Shown here piece after piece: positions 48,279 to 61,493 of a DNA stretch of 64,000 nucleotides (positions are counted from its first letter, which is position 1; each line of letters opens with the position of its first letter). Below the pieces are notes generated by a model. The model was given only the letters and a program-made list of their open reading frames with translations, searched no databases and was not told the DNA's origin. This stretch comes from Octopus sinensis. Lineage: Eukaryota. The DNA lies in assembly GCF_006345805.1 (NCBI RefSeq), contig NC_043013.1, positions 55,862,001 through 55,926,000 on the forward strand, written 5' to 3'. A program made the position numbers and the translations under genes.

Positions 48279-49454
48279 TTGTGTGTGTGTATAGAAGAAC
48301 TGAAACCACAAACTACGGCTGCCGTTCAGAATGAATGCTTCAGTAGTGTGTGCCATGGTTTTTCTTATTGTCTTCGATGGCCATATAGACAAGACCAGGC
48401 ACAAGCACCCAATTATCCCCGTGGATACCCTTGGACACTATTGGATACCACTGACACCTAGTGGACCATCCAGGATGAGAAAGGTGGAGAGAGAGATAGA
48501 GAGAGTGAGAGAGGGAGAGAGAAAGAGAAAAGAGAGTGAGGGAGAGAGAGAGAGAGCTGTAGCAGTGCTTGATGGCTAATTTCTTTACCAATCTCAAAAT
48601 GAAGAAAAGTGCATTTGACCTTCATGGTATTTGAACCCAGAGCACAGAGCGCTGGGGCGAATACCCTAATTTATTGAATCTGAATATGAAAAACTGACAA
48701 AAATCAAAGATGTTTACTTATATTCCTTTACATTCTGAGTTCAAGATGCACTGATACCAACCCTCCTGGGTCAGGATATTCATCATTGAAAAATGTCAAG
48801 CGGTGTAAATAGGATATTTCTTTCATTACTTCCATTGTAATGAAATAACGGTTATAATGAATATTTTATATTTATTAGCCTTGAAAGGAGAGAATACCCT
48901 GGATACAAATGATTGATGGCTGAGATTAATATGATTGATGTGGAATAAGGACCTTTCTGTATGTCATCATTTCTTCATCATTCTCATTGTATTAATATAT
49001 TTGTTTGCTATGATTGATGACTGGTTCAACACCCTCATTGATCATCTATTGAACGATCAGTAAAACATGATCTTCCAATGCCTGATCAAGCTCTCTCACA
49101 CTGAATGTCTATTACCCATAATTGCTAATTCCCTAATCATTTCCTTCCCAACTGATTTGCCTTACCAGTAGGTTTATAATGATGAAACCCTACCTTGATA
49201 CATCAACCGATGCCTCCTTTAATGTTCAATCATTTCAGAGCAACTCCCAAAACCTGTCATGTTTCACTGATGTACAGCATTACACCTGTGGTATAAACTT
49301 TGTCTCCTTATCTTCATTTCAAGAAAAGACACTGTGGATTTCTTTTGGAGTTTTGCACACTTGATGCAGTCTTCTCAGTCTCTAATTTTAGACCCTAATG
49401 GTGCAAGATCAATCTTTAGTACAGAGATATTTCACCTAATCCCAGGCAAACCCA

Positions 49455-49620
49455 TCCAGCATTCTGTTTCCTTGCATACAGAGTTCAAATTCCACTGAGG
49501 ATGACTTTCCTTTCATCCTTCTGGGGTGATAAAATAAGTACCAGTCAAACACTGGGGTCGATGTAATCAACTTAACACCTTCTCCAGAGATTACTCAGCT
49601 TCTGCCGAAATTTGAAATCA
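49455..49620 (+). mobile_element. Meta-like tRNA SINE (sense copy)
   Basis: gagttcaaattccactgaggatgactttcctttcatccttctggggtgataaaataagtaccag...ggggtcgatgtaatc. Similar copies at 37345-37500 (+) and 60205-60330 (-). Confidence 0.7.
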
Positions 49621-49910
49621 GTTCTTTTTTTATTACTTTGTTTGGCTTAGTCGAAAAAGGAAGAATGGTGCAAGTTATTTTTCTGAGCCTTTGAAACTGT
49701 TTGGAGGAGTGGAAGACGATTGTCTGACCAGAATTCTAACCCCGATGCCTGCAATGGAATATATTCTGCCACCCCTACCAATGGCCATGCAGTGATTTAA
49801 ATCAGACAGATTAAGTCTATCACTTTAAGATACAGCTGGTGTCTTTTGGCAGTCATCTTGGCACAGCATACAAGTGTCCCTTGGTCAAACCTGTAAAGGA
49901 CAATTATAAT

Positions 49911-50200
49911 GGCCTGTGGCTTAGAGGTTAGGGTATTCAGCTGACGATCTTAAGGACATGAGTTCAATTCCTAGTAGTGCTTTGTGTTCTTGAGCAAGAC
50001 GCTTTATTTCACACTGCTTCAGTCCATTCAGCTGACAAACATGAGTTGTACCAGTAATTCAAAGGGGCCTGCTTTGCCACATGCTCTGTCATGCTGAATT
50101 TTCCCTGAGAAATACATGAAGGGTACATATGTCTAAAGAGTGCTCAGCCATTTGCATGTTAATTTCGTGAACAAGGGGTTCTGTGATTGTGTCACCTTTT
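49911..50200 (+). mobile_element. tRNA-derived SINE (third family)
   Basis: A-box-like tggcttagagg, B-box-like gagttcaattcc, then ttcttgagcaagacgctttatttcac. Confidence 0.65.
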
Positions 50201-50749
50201 TGCCATAACCAATGGAGTGTCAGTTATTTAAAAGAGGACAACCGCCATTTCAAGTGGAAAAAGGGCAGTTTTGATACTGTTGCTTCTAGTTATGAACTCT
50301 GTCACAACTTCAAAGCCATTATTTCACTCTGGCCAAGTAGAAAAAAAGAAAAGAAGTTAATTTATGGACTGTTCTACTGCTTCTGTAAAATTAATATATT
50401 CAAGAGATAAATCGGTCATCTACATCAGATGTTCCCCTGGGTATTCGATTCTGAATGTATTTGAATCTTGTGAAGAGAACTCTGTATGCAAATATGGTCT
50501 ATGTGCTGGCAATATTAATGCAGAGATGACTATTATATTTGAGTTTAACATGGGAGCTGGCATAATTTGATATTTCTTGGATGAATGTTTTTAAGACTTT
50601 CAAGTTGCAATCAGTTATAGACTGTGAAGTGGAATTATCAGACGAGGATTTTTACATAGAACTGAACTGACTGTAAAATTGTAATGTCAGCAAGTTACAT
50701 TAACTGGCCGAAATTAATGATGATATATATCCGTCTGAACATTATATAT

Positions 50750-51041
50750 CATGTGATCACATGACCGACCCAGATTATCAGATGTTGCTACACATCGCTG
50801 GTCACAATGCCTTCAAATGACGCCACCCCGCTAGCTAAGCGAGCTGGCCTACAGAAGAAAGAGTGAGAGAAAGTTGTGGCAAAAGAGTACAGCAGGGATC
50901 ACCACCAACCCCTGCCAGAGCCTCATGGAGCTTTTAGGTGTTTTCGCTCAATAAGCACTCACAACACCCGGTCTGGGAATTGAAACTGTGATCCTACGAC
51001 TGTGAGTTCACTGCCCTAACCACTAGGCCATTGCGCCTCCA
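50750..51041 (-). mobile_element. tRNA-derived SINE with 15-bp target site duplication
   Basis: Minus strand head tggaggcgcaatggcctagtggttagggcag...gtttcaattcccagacc; TSD ctgaacattatatat at 50735-49 and 51042-56. Confidence 0.85.
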
Positions 51042-51873
51042 CTGAACATTATATATATATATATGTCACTAAACTTCAGTTACACAATGGTTGGTTCACC
51101 ATAATGTTTAATTGCATATATAACATACGTCATTATCATCCTTATCACCATCATTTTCCTCATCAGCATTGTAGTTGTTGTCCTTGTTGTCGTCATCATC
51201 ATCATTATGATTTTTACATGTGCTTTCCATGCAGGTATAGGTTGTTTGGGTCATGACTTTCCAAACAGAAGTTATTGTCTTTCTGATTGGTCAAATAACT
51301 GCACTTTGTGTGTATGCTTATTTTTGAAATGTCATTGCTTCATAAATAAATAAATAAATACAAGCAAGGCTTGGGTGGTTTAAAGGTTTCTTTCATAACA
51401 ATGGGGTCCCTGGTTTAATCTCACATGTGGCCGCATTTCTTCAACATGTGTTTTCTATTGTATTCTTAGAGATTAATCAATGCATTGCAAGAGGAAGATA
51501 TAGATGGAAACTGAAGGGAAGCTTGTTGCATGTGTGTGCATTTGGATATGTATGTGTCTAAGTTTATCTTTTAAACCCAGAATTCTTTATGTTTGTGTAT
51601 CATCATATTCTGAAAATTAGAAGTTTGACAAACAAAGTTTGATAAAATGAATACCAGCCTGAAACAAATACCAAGGTTGATAGGATCAACTGAACTATCG
51701 AAGACAAAACTCCTGTATTATGGTGATTTATGGGGACTGAAACCAGTGAAGGAATCTTGAGCATTACCATAATTCCTTGTTCTGTTACTCATGCTTGCTT
51801 TGGCTGGATGAGTCTGCTACAGCACTGTATTGGACCATGTCACCCCATTTTGAGGATTTTTTTAATTCTTAGA

Positions 51874-54349
51874 CTAGCAGAATTGCCCGGCGATGCTCGG
51901 GGCTGAATAAGTACTGTTAATGATTGCACTGAATTATGATGATTATTCAGGCAAATATTGATATAAGTTTACGGTGGGAGATAAGGACTTAACGATCAAA
52001 CGTGTGCCATTGCATTGTTTTGGGGGAACCAAATTTCTAATGAGCATTATAGGGGCACTAACTTTAAGTTTGAGAATGTGTGGTGGTAGTCCGGGGTGCT
52101 CAAAGGAATTGACTACCTCTATTGGATAGTTGATGACGTCCTCTGGGTCAGGAGTTGTATCGATAGACTTATATACATAGACTTCCCCAGGAATGAGTTT
52201 TAGCATTTCATCATTAATATGGTGAACAGTTTTATTCCTCGGGGCCAGAATAGCCCTTTGGCCAATCCAATCCATATTCTGATAATTAGCTTGTAGATCT
52301 GGGAACACTGCATCTCTGAGATCAGAAGGCGTTTTGACAATGGTACAAATGGAATCGATGGCAATATTACCATTTTCATCCCCTGGTATTTTGCCTTCGC
52401 CAAGTGCAAGGAGGGTGTGAGAAAATGCTGCTGATGTGATATTACGTTGCATATGAGCACGCATATTGGTGTGAAGTTTGAGAGTCTTCACCAGTGGCCA
52501 CAATGTGGATGACTTAAGACACGCACTTACTGCATCAGCTCTAGTCCCTTTGGGAATAACAGGAAGTGTTTGTCGGAAGTCCCCTGAAAGAAGAAGTGTT
52601 ATGCCTCCCATGGGAGCTGAAGAGTGTTTGATGTCTCTGAGAGATCTATCTAGTGCCTCAAGAGCACGTCTGTGGGCCATCGTGCATTCATCCCAAACGA
52701 TAAGCTTGCATCGTCTGAAGACTTCTGCCTGATTGGAGCTGTTACTGATGTTGCAAGTTGGTGTCTCAGTCTTCGCTAAGTCAAGCGGAAGCTTGAAAGT
52801 GGAGTGAGCTGTCCTGCCACCTGGCAACAAAGTAGCCGCCATTCCAGATGATGCCACAGCTAGGGCAATGCCTTGTGTTCACCTAATCTCAGCCAATATT
52901 AATTTGTTGACAAAAGTTTTCCCAGTGCCCCCAGGAGGGTCCAGGAAAAAAATCCTCCCAGTTTTGGCCCGGACTGAATTAACAACGGAGTTGTAAGCGA
53001 ACTTGTGTTCTGGAAGGAGCTTTGGTTCATTGTCGGCTATGTACTCAGCAAGCTCATCAACATTAAAACATGTCTCACGCAGCAAATGTGAAGACAGAGT
53101 GTTTGTGCCTTCCCGGTTTGTTGAAGGTAGGCCATAGACCAGCAAGGCACTACCGCCCATATCAAGTACAGTATCTTCGAACGTAGTTTGTTACCACACA
53201 GCCACACCTGCCCCTATGTATGTGTGTGTGTGTTTGTGTGCATGTGTGTGTATGGGTAGATATATTATGCATGTATATATGTGTATATATATATGTATAA
53301 AGACGGTGAAAATATTGTCAATTTCCCCAAACAGGGACACAATTCAATTTTGAAACAATAACCAAAGCCCCTTCTCCGAAAGGGGGAGGGTTACGGTTTA
53401 CAATTATTTAACAAATGCAACACAACAAAGTTTCCCTGGCGAGGAACCAACAAACGTGATTACAATAGTCAAACAGTAATAATACTAACGACAAACCTTT
53501 TTAATTTATCCCCATTTATGTGAAACCACTTATTCAAGTTCAAGTCATTGATGCAATTTTATACGAATTGCTAATACACACACACATAATAAGGGTGAAA
53601 AACTGAATATTAATTTGATTAAAATTAATTGAAAACCAGTGGTGTAGCATATAAGACCATAGCGGATCTTCTTCTAGCAAAAAGGATGACCAGTATGAAT
53701 GGCTCATCCCTGTCACACACACACACACACATGCGCGCGCACACACACACACACATACACGTTAGCTTACAATTTTCTTTCAACAATTGACACTGTCATA
53801 TATGTATATGTTTGCGTGCCTATGTGTGTAAAGAGGAAGTGGGAGTAATAGGCAGAGTAAAGACTTTGAAGTGAGAGAGGGAAATCGTAAAATATTGAGT
53901 TTTCTCGAATTTTTGCTTAATTGGGGGTCAAATTGAAAGAAATTTGTATGCCATGACCGAATGGAATGTACTTGGAAAAATCTTAGGTAAACTCTAATTG
54001 AAGAAATTGTGTGAGGAGTAAATCGTTATGTATTTATTTGTTTCTGTTTGCTGTGTATTTGTTTTGAGTAGTGGTTTAAGGTACACTTGCAAAGAGAAAG
54101 TAGGAGATATTAGGGTGATAGCATGAATGAAGCAGTTGAAATTAGAGAGGCAAATCGTAAAATATTTACTTTTCTCGAATTTTTGCTTAATTGGGGGTTA
54201 AATTGAAAAAACTTTACATGCCATGACCCATTAGAATCTACTTGGAAAAATCATAGGCAAATTCCAATTGAAGAAATTCTATATTGTACAATTGTATAAA
54301 AAACGAACGGTTTGGGAGGCAGAGAAAATCTGCCTTTTATCATAAGAGA
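51874..54349 (-). mobile_element. Internally deleted Helitron with both termini
   Basis: 3' end cccgagcatcgccgggcaattctgCTAG (51877-51874, followed by T); probable 5' end A|TCtcttatgataaaaggcag at 54349; helicase fragment inside. Confidence 0.75.
51943..53160 (-). pseudogene. Helitron PIF1-type (SF1B) helicase fragment
   Basis: FFLDPPGGTGKT (Walker A), ASSGMAATLL, GRTAHSTF, IVWDEC (Walker B), GDFRQTLPV, LHTNMR, AILAPRN, PIMLIRNL, CNGTRL; one in-frame TGA at 52879-81; C-terminal motifs V/VI absent. Confidence 0.9.
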
Positions 54350-56380
54350 TCAAATGTTACTAATTCTTCCCTTGTCTTTGGTTTTGCTATGGCTGGCAGG
54401 TTGTTGGGCAGGGGGTGGTGGAATCTGGCTGAGTTGATGAATGAAAATATGTTCCTTGGGCTCCATGTAGAAGTAACGGAGCAACACTCATGAACATTTA
54501 ACAGAAGAATTCATTATTGCACATAATGAAAAAAATATGTTGGCCTTTTATAGATAACCACAATATTTACAGTGGGAAAGCCACTTTTATGGCAACATAC
54601 ATCTTGCCCAACATAACTGGAAACAACTGTGCTATACTTGTGGTGACCAAGGTCCTTATCATCTACTTACCCATCTGTCATAGCTGCCTTCCAGGGTCAT
54701 CTTTAAAGTAAAAATGCCTGCCAAAGTCAAATTGTAGAATGTTCAGTGAAAACCTGTTCACACCCTCGCTTAATGCTGTGCAACTATGGTAGTTTGCTTG
54801 CAATGTCCGACCTCATATCCAGAGATACAGTTTTGAATCACTGCTACAATTTCTTTTTCCTTAATTGAAGCATCTTAACACAGCAAACAACATCCAAATT
54901 CCTCAGATGTATCCTCCATCAGGCTCACCTCTCTTACTACACCCTATTTCCCTCCCAACAATTTTCAGCTCCATTATTTATTTATGCTATAAACAATGAT
55001 TATCTCATTCTTTGTACATCCTCTGTATTGAATGTGCATAACTATAGGAAGAGTCTGGGTTTTAGAAGAAATGGGACAATTCCAAGCAAGTTTCTGTTAT
55101 ATTAAGTCTGGTCAGTGACGTCTAGCTTAACTCCAACTGTAATGACTTTGCAGAATTTGACAGAGAATGGAATTTCTGTGAATATAAAGTGTGATTTTAT
55201 GAATTTGCTGGGTGGAGGGGGGGATAATTAGGGATACCTGTTTCTTGATAATGAATATCAATTATAGCATTGTTAATAAATTAGATAAATGAACTCGTTG
55301 ATAAATTAGGTGAAGTAGTTAATTAGCAGAGTTGTTGGAACAGCAGATAAAATTGTATTGTGATGTCTGTTGTGGCTAAAAGGCAGCAAAGCTCTCAGAA
55401 TCTTGAAGCCACTATCTGGTCACAGATCCTGTAAAGAATGGTAACCTCATTTCTTTCCAACCTTGTGCAACCTCTACATCCAGTGCACAGATGTGTCAAC
55501 TTTGCAATAATATATTCCATACACAAGCATTCTATGTAATATTCCTGATATTGAAGATTAATTTCTTTTAAAACATTTGAGGGAATTCAGTTCGAGGGAG
55601 GCTTTACTGCCAACTACCCAACTCCATCTGCTGCATCCAAGTTTCTTGTTTCCCACCAGTTTACCAATGATCTCATTGTAGCTCTTTCATGCCCATACTT
55701 TTTATTCGCTTCACCATTTGGAGTGCATAGGTTCTCCATTTGTGCATCATCATCCTCACCATCCCATCAACATCGTCGTCATCATCATTGTCATCTCGTC
55801 GTTGTTGTTGTTGTTGTCATCATCATCATCATCATTGGCATTGACAGCGTCATTGCTTTCATCATTTAATGACAGCCTTTCAAACTGGTTTGGATGCTTT
55901 GAAAGGATGCAACAAGTCAAAAGACCATGTCAAATTCCTCTGTCTGCTTCGGTATATTCACTAGGGCTGGATGTTCTTCCTAACATCGATCATTTCACAG
56001 AATACACAGTGTTTTTTTTCATGGCACCAGCACTAGTGAGGTCACCATGTCACTCACAACTCTCTTGCATGATTGGACGTGGAAGGGATGGACGTAGAAG
56101 GGATGGAAGTGCTCTTATGCAAGATATTGAGAAGCTGCACTATGATAGCAGGACAGGAACGGGTGACTTTTAGTAGAGGAGATATATAGCTATACCAAAT
56201 TATAGAAGAGTAGGTGACAGAAGCTGGAATGAGAGATAAAGATGGTAGTGATGAAGTGCCAGGGCATAGCTTCAAGGTAGATGAGTAAAAGAGTGCATGA
56301 ACAAACATGCACACACACACACACAAATATATATGAATAGATAGGTAGATAGATTAGTAACTGGGTTGGTAGGCAGGTAG

Positions 56381-56534
56381 GTAAATAGATAGGTAGATAG
56401 ATAGATATATATATATATATAGATAGATAGATAGATAGATAGATTGATAGATAGATAGATAGATAGATAGATAGAAAGATAGATAGATTGATAGATAGAC
56501 AGACAGACAGATGGATGGATGGATAGATAGATAA

Positions 56535-56592
<58 letters not shown>

Positions 56593-56646
56593 TGATAGAT
56601 AGAAAGATAGATAGAGAGATAGATAGATAGAGACAGACAGTCAGTC

Positions 56647-56717
<71 letters not shown>

Positions 56718-56777
56718 AAGATAGATAGATTGATAGATAGACAGACAGACAGATGGATGGATGGATAGATAGATAGG

Positions 56778-56860
<83 letters not shown>
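56381..56860. repeat. Compound (GATA)n/(GACA)n/(GATG)n microsatellite
   Basis: Direct reading; source of the IYLS-repeat ORFs. Confidence 0.95.
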
Positions 56861-56861
<1 letters not shown>

Positions 56862-59458
56862 GAGGGAGATCTTTGATATAACAACACTGAAATATTTACC
56901 AGCAGAAGCATTTGAAATGATCAACTTATTATTTTACGAAAGACTGAGATAGGAAATTTAAAATAATTATCCGTGAAACAATTCAAGAAATGTTGACATA
57001 TAACATTTGAATTAACAGGTTTCCAAATTTCACGTGATTCAAATATTTTGATAACTGAAACAGATTTAATAAATTCGACATTGCAACTCAGCTGTGTTAT
57101 TTGAGTTCTAGTTGACCAATCTATAGAACAATGGGGTCACAGGAATTCTTCTGCCTACAGAAAATTATCATGAAAGCACCCACTGCTGTAGGTGACAGGA
57201 ATAATCATCGACAATCTTCTTCCAAGACAGAAATTCTAGATAAGATTAGTTTGTATTGTAAGAGCAGAGGTGATTCAATATACATCGTCCGTCTGACAGA
57301 GCAGAAGCATGTGATGTAACCATGAGGAAGATAATAAGTTGATGAGGAAAGATTTCTGCTGTCAGTGAAACTGGGGAAATAAAATGTGATTGATGATTTT
57401 GAAGATGATGATGTTGATGATGATGATGATGATGATGATGGGTATGGCAGTGATGATAGAGAAACTGCTGTTACATTTGAAAGCAGTTCTAATTTCCTTC
57501 ATATCGTTGCTATCACTGCTGAAGGAGGAAATATTTATATCTGGTGCTTGATGTTGCTTTTGTGCACGTCACTGCAACAACAGTCACATTATTTAACATA
57601 TCAGGACAAACGTTGATAAAAAGATTATTTCACTGGAGAATTTTACTGAAGAATCCAGTTAATGAGGGAGTGATTAAGAGAGTCGTTGAGCTAATGCTTG
57701 AGAGAATGCTGAAATTTCAAGGATTCTCTCCCTTGCTATTCTTGGCCAGAGTTTGTTACAAAGGTGTTGATTGATCTGTCTCAAAATGGGTGTGATTTTA
57801 ATTAAGATTTATTGTTTCACCATAATAAGTATGATTGCAGCTCTTTACTAATTGAGAGAAAAGTGGAAATAGAGTGAAGCTGTAAAAAAATATCCATTAG
57901 TGTGTGTGTGTTTGAATGAATGCATGATTAGAAGGTTTGTTTGAATGTAACCATAATTAGTGTGTGAGTGCTTACATCAACATGTTTTAATGGCAGTGGT
58001 GGGGGGGGGAAGAAGAGGAGAGACGGAGAGAGAGAATGACTAAAGTAGAAATAAACAAGGTGAATGAAGAGTGCTGTTATGAAATGGAACAGATTTTAAG
58101 AATGGACTGAACTGGTGCCACAGCAGAATAGAAATAATTTTCAGATGTTTTAGAAACCAGTAGAAATAAAATAAAAAAAATGTAGACATGTTAGAAATTA
58201 AAGGTGAATCAGAAATTAAAGATATGTCAAGAGTCAACTAATTTTCACAGACAAAAATTTGATTGACCTGAGGCTAGAGTAAATGGTTCTTGACCAAAGT
58301 GCCATAATGTTGGTGCAAACCCAAGCCATGGATTTACAAAACAGACTTCTTAAGCCCAAAGCCATCTGTTATATATAAATATTTTGTTGTCTACAACCCT
58401 AACATACCACTTTCTAAATCATATAAGAAATTATTATATTTGACTGTTATTGATATCATATTTCCATATTCTTCTCTTTCACACTGTTTCAGGTAGAAAT
58501 ATGAAGCAATTTCTTCTCTGAGGACATTAATACAATAAAGACACACTTCAGAAATATGGGACAATGTTTGGTGATTATTAAACACTAAAACACAGAAGTC
58601 GATTCGATCCTAGATTTCGTGTAAATTTAATTCAACCCATTTTCCATCCATCTGTATGATTTTCAATGTTTGAATATCTCTGGCATAAGAAGAAATATTG
58701 CCTGGCATGGATCCAATATTTCCATTTGCAAACTGTAAATTTGTTTAATGCTGAAGTTGTTTTTTTTCTTCTTTTTTTTTAATGTATATGCACGTATTTA
58801 TGACTGTGTGAGCAAGCTTGAGTGAATGTGTTTTACAACTAGATATATATATTTCAACGCAGATTAAATTTTCATAATGAACTCAACAATAGGAAATGTT
58901 GCTGGTGAAGACCCATGATGTGAGGAAAAAAAAAAAGAAAAAAGAGAATCTTTTTTTTTCTACTATTTTCCAAATAGGTTTTCTCAACAAATTTTCTAGT
59001 GTGAAAGAAAATTTTCACAAATAACTTAAGTAAGTCTTCAAAGTTGAAATTGATTATAGAAACATACATACATACATACATACATACATACATACATACA
59101 TACATACATACATACATACATACACATAAACATTCTCACATATGCATACATACAAACATTCATTCATTCATTCATAAATATATATATATATACATGCATA
59201 TATGTGTGTGTATATATATGCATATAAATTGAATTAATAGAAAATATTGTAAATGAATAAAATGCATTTATACTAAAATGCATACATACCAATTTTTCTA
59301 AATTTTGAAGTGTTTATCTTATACATAAAAGAAACTTTTAAGGTAAATATGCACATATAGATATGTATGTGTATGTATATATATATATATATATACATAT
59401 ATATATACATATATATACATATATGTATATATATGTATGTTATGTATATATATGTATG

Positions 59459-59572
<114 letters not shown>

Positions 59573-59590
59573 TGTATATAAATACATACA

Positions 59591-59623
<33 letters not shown>

Positions 59624-61221
59624 CTGTATGTGTCTAAAAGTATTGGAAATAAGAGAAATATGGCATGAGCTCTGAAAGTTCAAACCTGCTGCCTCTGCAG
59701 ATATGTGCAACATTCATAAAAATATGTTTTTGTGAAACCTATTATTTTTTTTTAAGTATGGTAAATTTTTAAATATTTATTGATTTCAGCACTAATGTGA
59801 TTAATTTGTGTTTAATCAAATTCATCCAACAAATATTTACATGTATAATTTTTTGTCATCACGTGTGTGTCAGTGTGTGTTTATATAAACTCTGTAATAA
59901 ATTACTTTCATGTTTTTTTGTATTCCTTTATATTTTGTGTATATATGCATTGACTTGGGAAAATATAATTTATGTATATAATATATGTAATTTGTGTATA
60001 TATTATATAAAATTTATGTATACGTACTTGTTTATGAAATAGTGAATTATCTCCTGATTCTTGATAATATTTTACTTGAAATTTAAAATTTGGATCAATG
60101 AATATAACTTAAACCTCTCCGCCTGAATATATTCCAAAAGACCAAATACACAGGATGTTAAGTTTAAGATTCAGCAAGCAAAGAATAATTTTAGAGATAA
60201 ACATAGGCCACACATTTGGGGCAAGTGATTACTTGACTAAACTGATCTCAGTATGTCTCTGGTATCTTGTCAATCTGGTACTGATGAATGGCAAAGTCAC
60301 TGTTGACAATAATTGAGCCCAGGATGTAAGGAATGAGTTGGAAGAAATAGCAAAAGGCTTTTTGTTTGATGATCGTGGGATTCTATTGATTTAGTTGTCT
60401 AAGATTAATAGGGATTTCTAGGCTACAGTCTGGAGGTGGAGTAAAAACAATTATATGGCACCTGATAAACTCCTATTTTATTGAATCTGGACATGGGAAA
60501 GAAAAATGCTTAATTAATCAGAAGTTAAACTCAGAATATAAAGAAATGAAGGATATATACTGCAATACTGTAAGTTAAAGACTCTGTCATACATTGCCCT
60601 AAGGATTCCAGCAATTAACAAACTCATCTTTAATCTTGAAAGATCTGAAATTCATCAAAGATAAAAAAAAGAGCAAAAATTACTTCTACAATTTTAGACA
60701 TTTAACATGATATCTTTAATGATTAACACAAATTAGATGGTTTCTACCCAATACTATTGTCTTTATTCCTATTTATGTTCAGCAGATAATCATGTGTTTA
60801 TTAAATTCAATCACTCTAATTGTGAGTATCAAATTGACCAGAGAAAGTGAAGAATTCGAGAGGATCTTTTAGTCTGCCCAAATATATGAAAGCCTCTGTA
60901 GTGCATCAATAAAATACAAACTATTGAGTAGTTGGCATCCAGCCATAGAAACTTTGTCAAAAATGGACGTGATTTTTGAACTGGACGTGATTTTCTAGCT
61001 TGTACCAAGGAGAGTAACTTTGAATAAGAACTGACTCAGATTGTGAATACTCCCCCAATCCATGCTGGTATGGAAAGCAGATGTAACAATCATGATTTCT
61101 TTCAGCTGTAGTTAGATATTAGTTATTATTTATAGTGGTTTATTTTCTTATATATAACCCTAACCCTACCCCTAACCCTACCTACAAAACTACGAAATTA
61201 AATTGCTTTGTAAATTATGTG

Positions 61222-61374
61222 AAGTGGTGGGCATTGGGAAGGGCATCCAACTGTAGAAACCAAGCCAAAACAGACAATGGAGCCTGGTAGAACCCTCCAG
61301 CCTTGCCAGCTCCTGTCAAACCATCCAACTCATGCCAGCATGGAAAACAGATGGTTAAATGATGATGATGATGA
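61222..61374 (+). mobile_element. RTE 3'UTR end / tail fragment
   Basis: ggaagggcatccaactgtagaaac...ggagcctgg...ccatccaactcatgccagcatggaaaacaga...gatgatgatgatga. Similar older piece at about 55850-56040 (-). Confidence 0.7.
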
Positions 61375-61427
61375 TCCTGTTTATAAAATGATCATTGTTT
61401 ATAACAAGACAATATAGCCATATGCGA

Positions 61428-61493
61428 TTACTGAATTATGACCAATCCACTTGAAGTTAATTACTGAATTATGACCAATCCACTTGAAGTTAA
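61428..61493. repeat. Perfect 33-bp tandem duplication
   Basis: ttactgaattatgaccaatccacttgaagttaa x2. Confidence 0.95.

Noticed and set aside
61156-61182. Telomere-like (CCCTAA)n
   Set aside because: Only about 4 degenerate units; such tracts are common inside interspersed repeats and do not indicate a telomere or fusion site.
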